DNA of 64,000 nt from Thalia democratica (taxonomy: Eukaryota): the NCBI GenBank assembly GCA_965202585.1, contig OZ241827.1, positions 61,194,001 through 61,258,000 on the forward strand. Reading direction: 5' to 3'. Shown here one piece after another: positions 62,861-64,000 of the stretch. A program made the position numbers and the translations under genes. Every line of letters starts with the position of its first letter. Within the stretch, counting starts at the first letter, position 1. A model generated the notes under the pieces. It had not been told where the DNA came from. It saw nothing but the letters and a program-made list of their open reading frames with translations, and made no database searches.

Positions 62861-64000
62861 ATGTCTACGGAATATGAAGTAATTATAAAAGTTAGTTTAG
62901 TTCGATCGATATTGTTTCTTTTTGGTCATTTAAAAACTTAATCTGATGTATTTATAGATTTAAATCAAATTAGTTTTAGATTGTCTAATTAAAACAGTTG
63001 CTTTTTACACTTTATTCTTTTTATTTTTAGTTACACTTGAAGTTATTTTTATATTATAATGCTTAATTTAAACTATCAAATCAAGCGTTATTTTATCTAA
63101 AAAAGTAGACCAAGTTTTTCAAAATGAATATTTTTATCTGTTCAACACGATATTATAACACCAAAGTGTACATGGGGACCATCCCCAGAAACAGCATTTT
63201 TATAGAAAGCATTTATTTAATTATTTCATTTATTTAAACTGCTACCCTTACGATAAATGAAATATATAAGTTTAAAATAATTTCAGTTGTAAATTAGTAC
63301 TTGAGGGCTATTATTTAGACCTTAGTTTAGTTTTAAAATACTGTATTTTTTTGAATATTTGTAGCTTCTTGAATGTTTTTTCTTGGGTGTTTTAGCTTTC
63401 AGAAACATGTAGAAGTACACTATTAGTAAACCAAATTCACAAAGAGATGTTTAATATATTTGTCTAAAATAAAATAAAAATGTTAATGAAAATATTAAAA
63501 GCTTAGTTTTTTTGTGATTTATTTTGATGAAAAAGTAAAAACTATTAAGTATAGTTTAAATACTATGCAGCATTTTCCAATGCCTAAAAGTTTTAAGACG
63601 TAAATAATCACAAAATAAGATAAAAATTTTGAATAATTTTGTTCAAAGAAAATAAAAAACAAAGTAAACTGTTTAATATGCGTTAAGATTTTAATGGTGG
63701 AAAAAAATTTTAGATTTCTGATTTACTTAAACTTACTCATCTATATATAAAATAGAAAAAAAAAATTACGTTCAGTAATTTCTCTTTGACTTTGTGTAAC
63801 TTAATTTTTTGTTTATGAAATTACATGATCAAAAATTTTTAGCCTTTAAAAAAACGCGATTTGTTTGAACTGTATTTGGTAGCATCAAAACTTAATGTTA
63901 ACAAAATAAGTTTCCAGACTTCCGACAAGCACCCTGACCTCTCTCCCAACTTCGTCGACTTCTTCATCCAGCTCCACGGAGACGGCAAGGACACGGATTG
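62861..64000 (+). CDS. Lipoxygenase paralogue LOX-B, 5' part: exon 1 62861-62890 (MSTEYEVIIK), exon 2 from 63918 (TSDKHPDLSPNFVDFFIQLHGDGKDTD...), truncated by window end
   Basis: Clear homology to LOX-A exons 1-2 with the same intron position and phase; gttagt donor, ttccag acceptor. Confidence 0.88.

Overview
Very AT-rich eukaryotic (probably metazoan) genomic DNA, roughly a quarter GC by eye, with GC-richer exons and many small non-autonomous transposons and tandem repeats. The ORF track misses the main gene. Reading exons by hand gives a complete 15-exon lipoxygenase (PLAT + LOX domain, 696 aa, all five iron ligands present) on the minus strand, 55300->42449 (LOX-A). A paralogue (LOX-B) starts head-to-head on the plus strand at 62861 and runs off the window. 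Between them lies an orphan LOX 3' end (56754-56888). Both LOX stop codons are followed about 190 nt later by the same 21-nt 'echo' of the RVPKSIA C-terminus, which differs from the coding copies only at synonymous sites. Two genes have intronless CDSs: a divergent Ariadne/ARIH1-like RBR E3 ligase (15452-17002) and a claudin/PMP22-superfamily tetraspan protein (36588-37385). There is also a possible zinc-finger exon at 684-878. The rest includes a 949-bp foldback element with 9-bp TSD, MITEs with TA or TTAA target duplications, Helitron-like 3' ends, a tRNA-like SINE head, a decayed RTE-like endonuclease, a triplicated ~1.15-kb block, and 15-, 26- and ~58-bp minisatellites. Most other ORF-track entries are chance or repeat-derived. 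Species not identifiable from this window.
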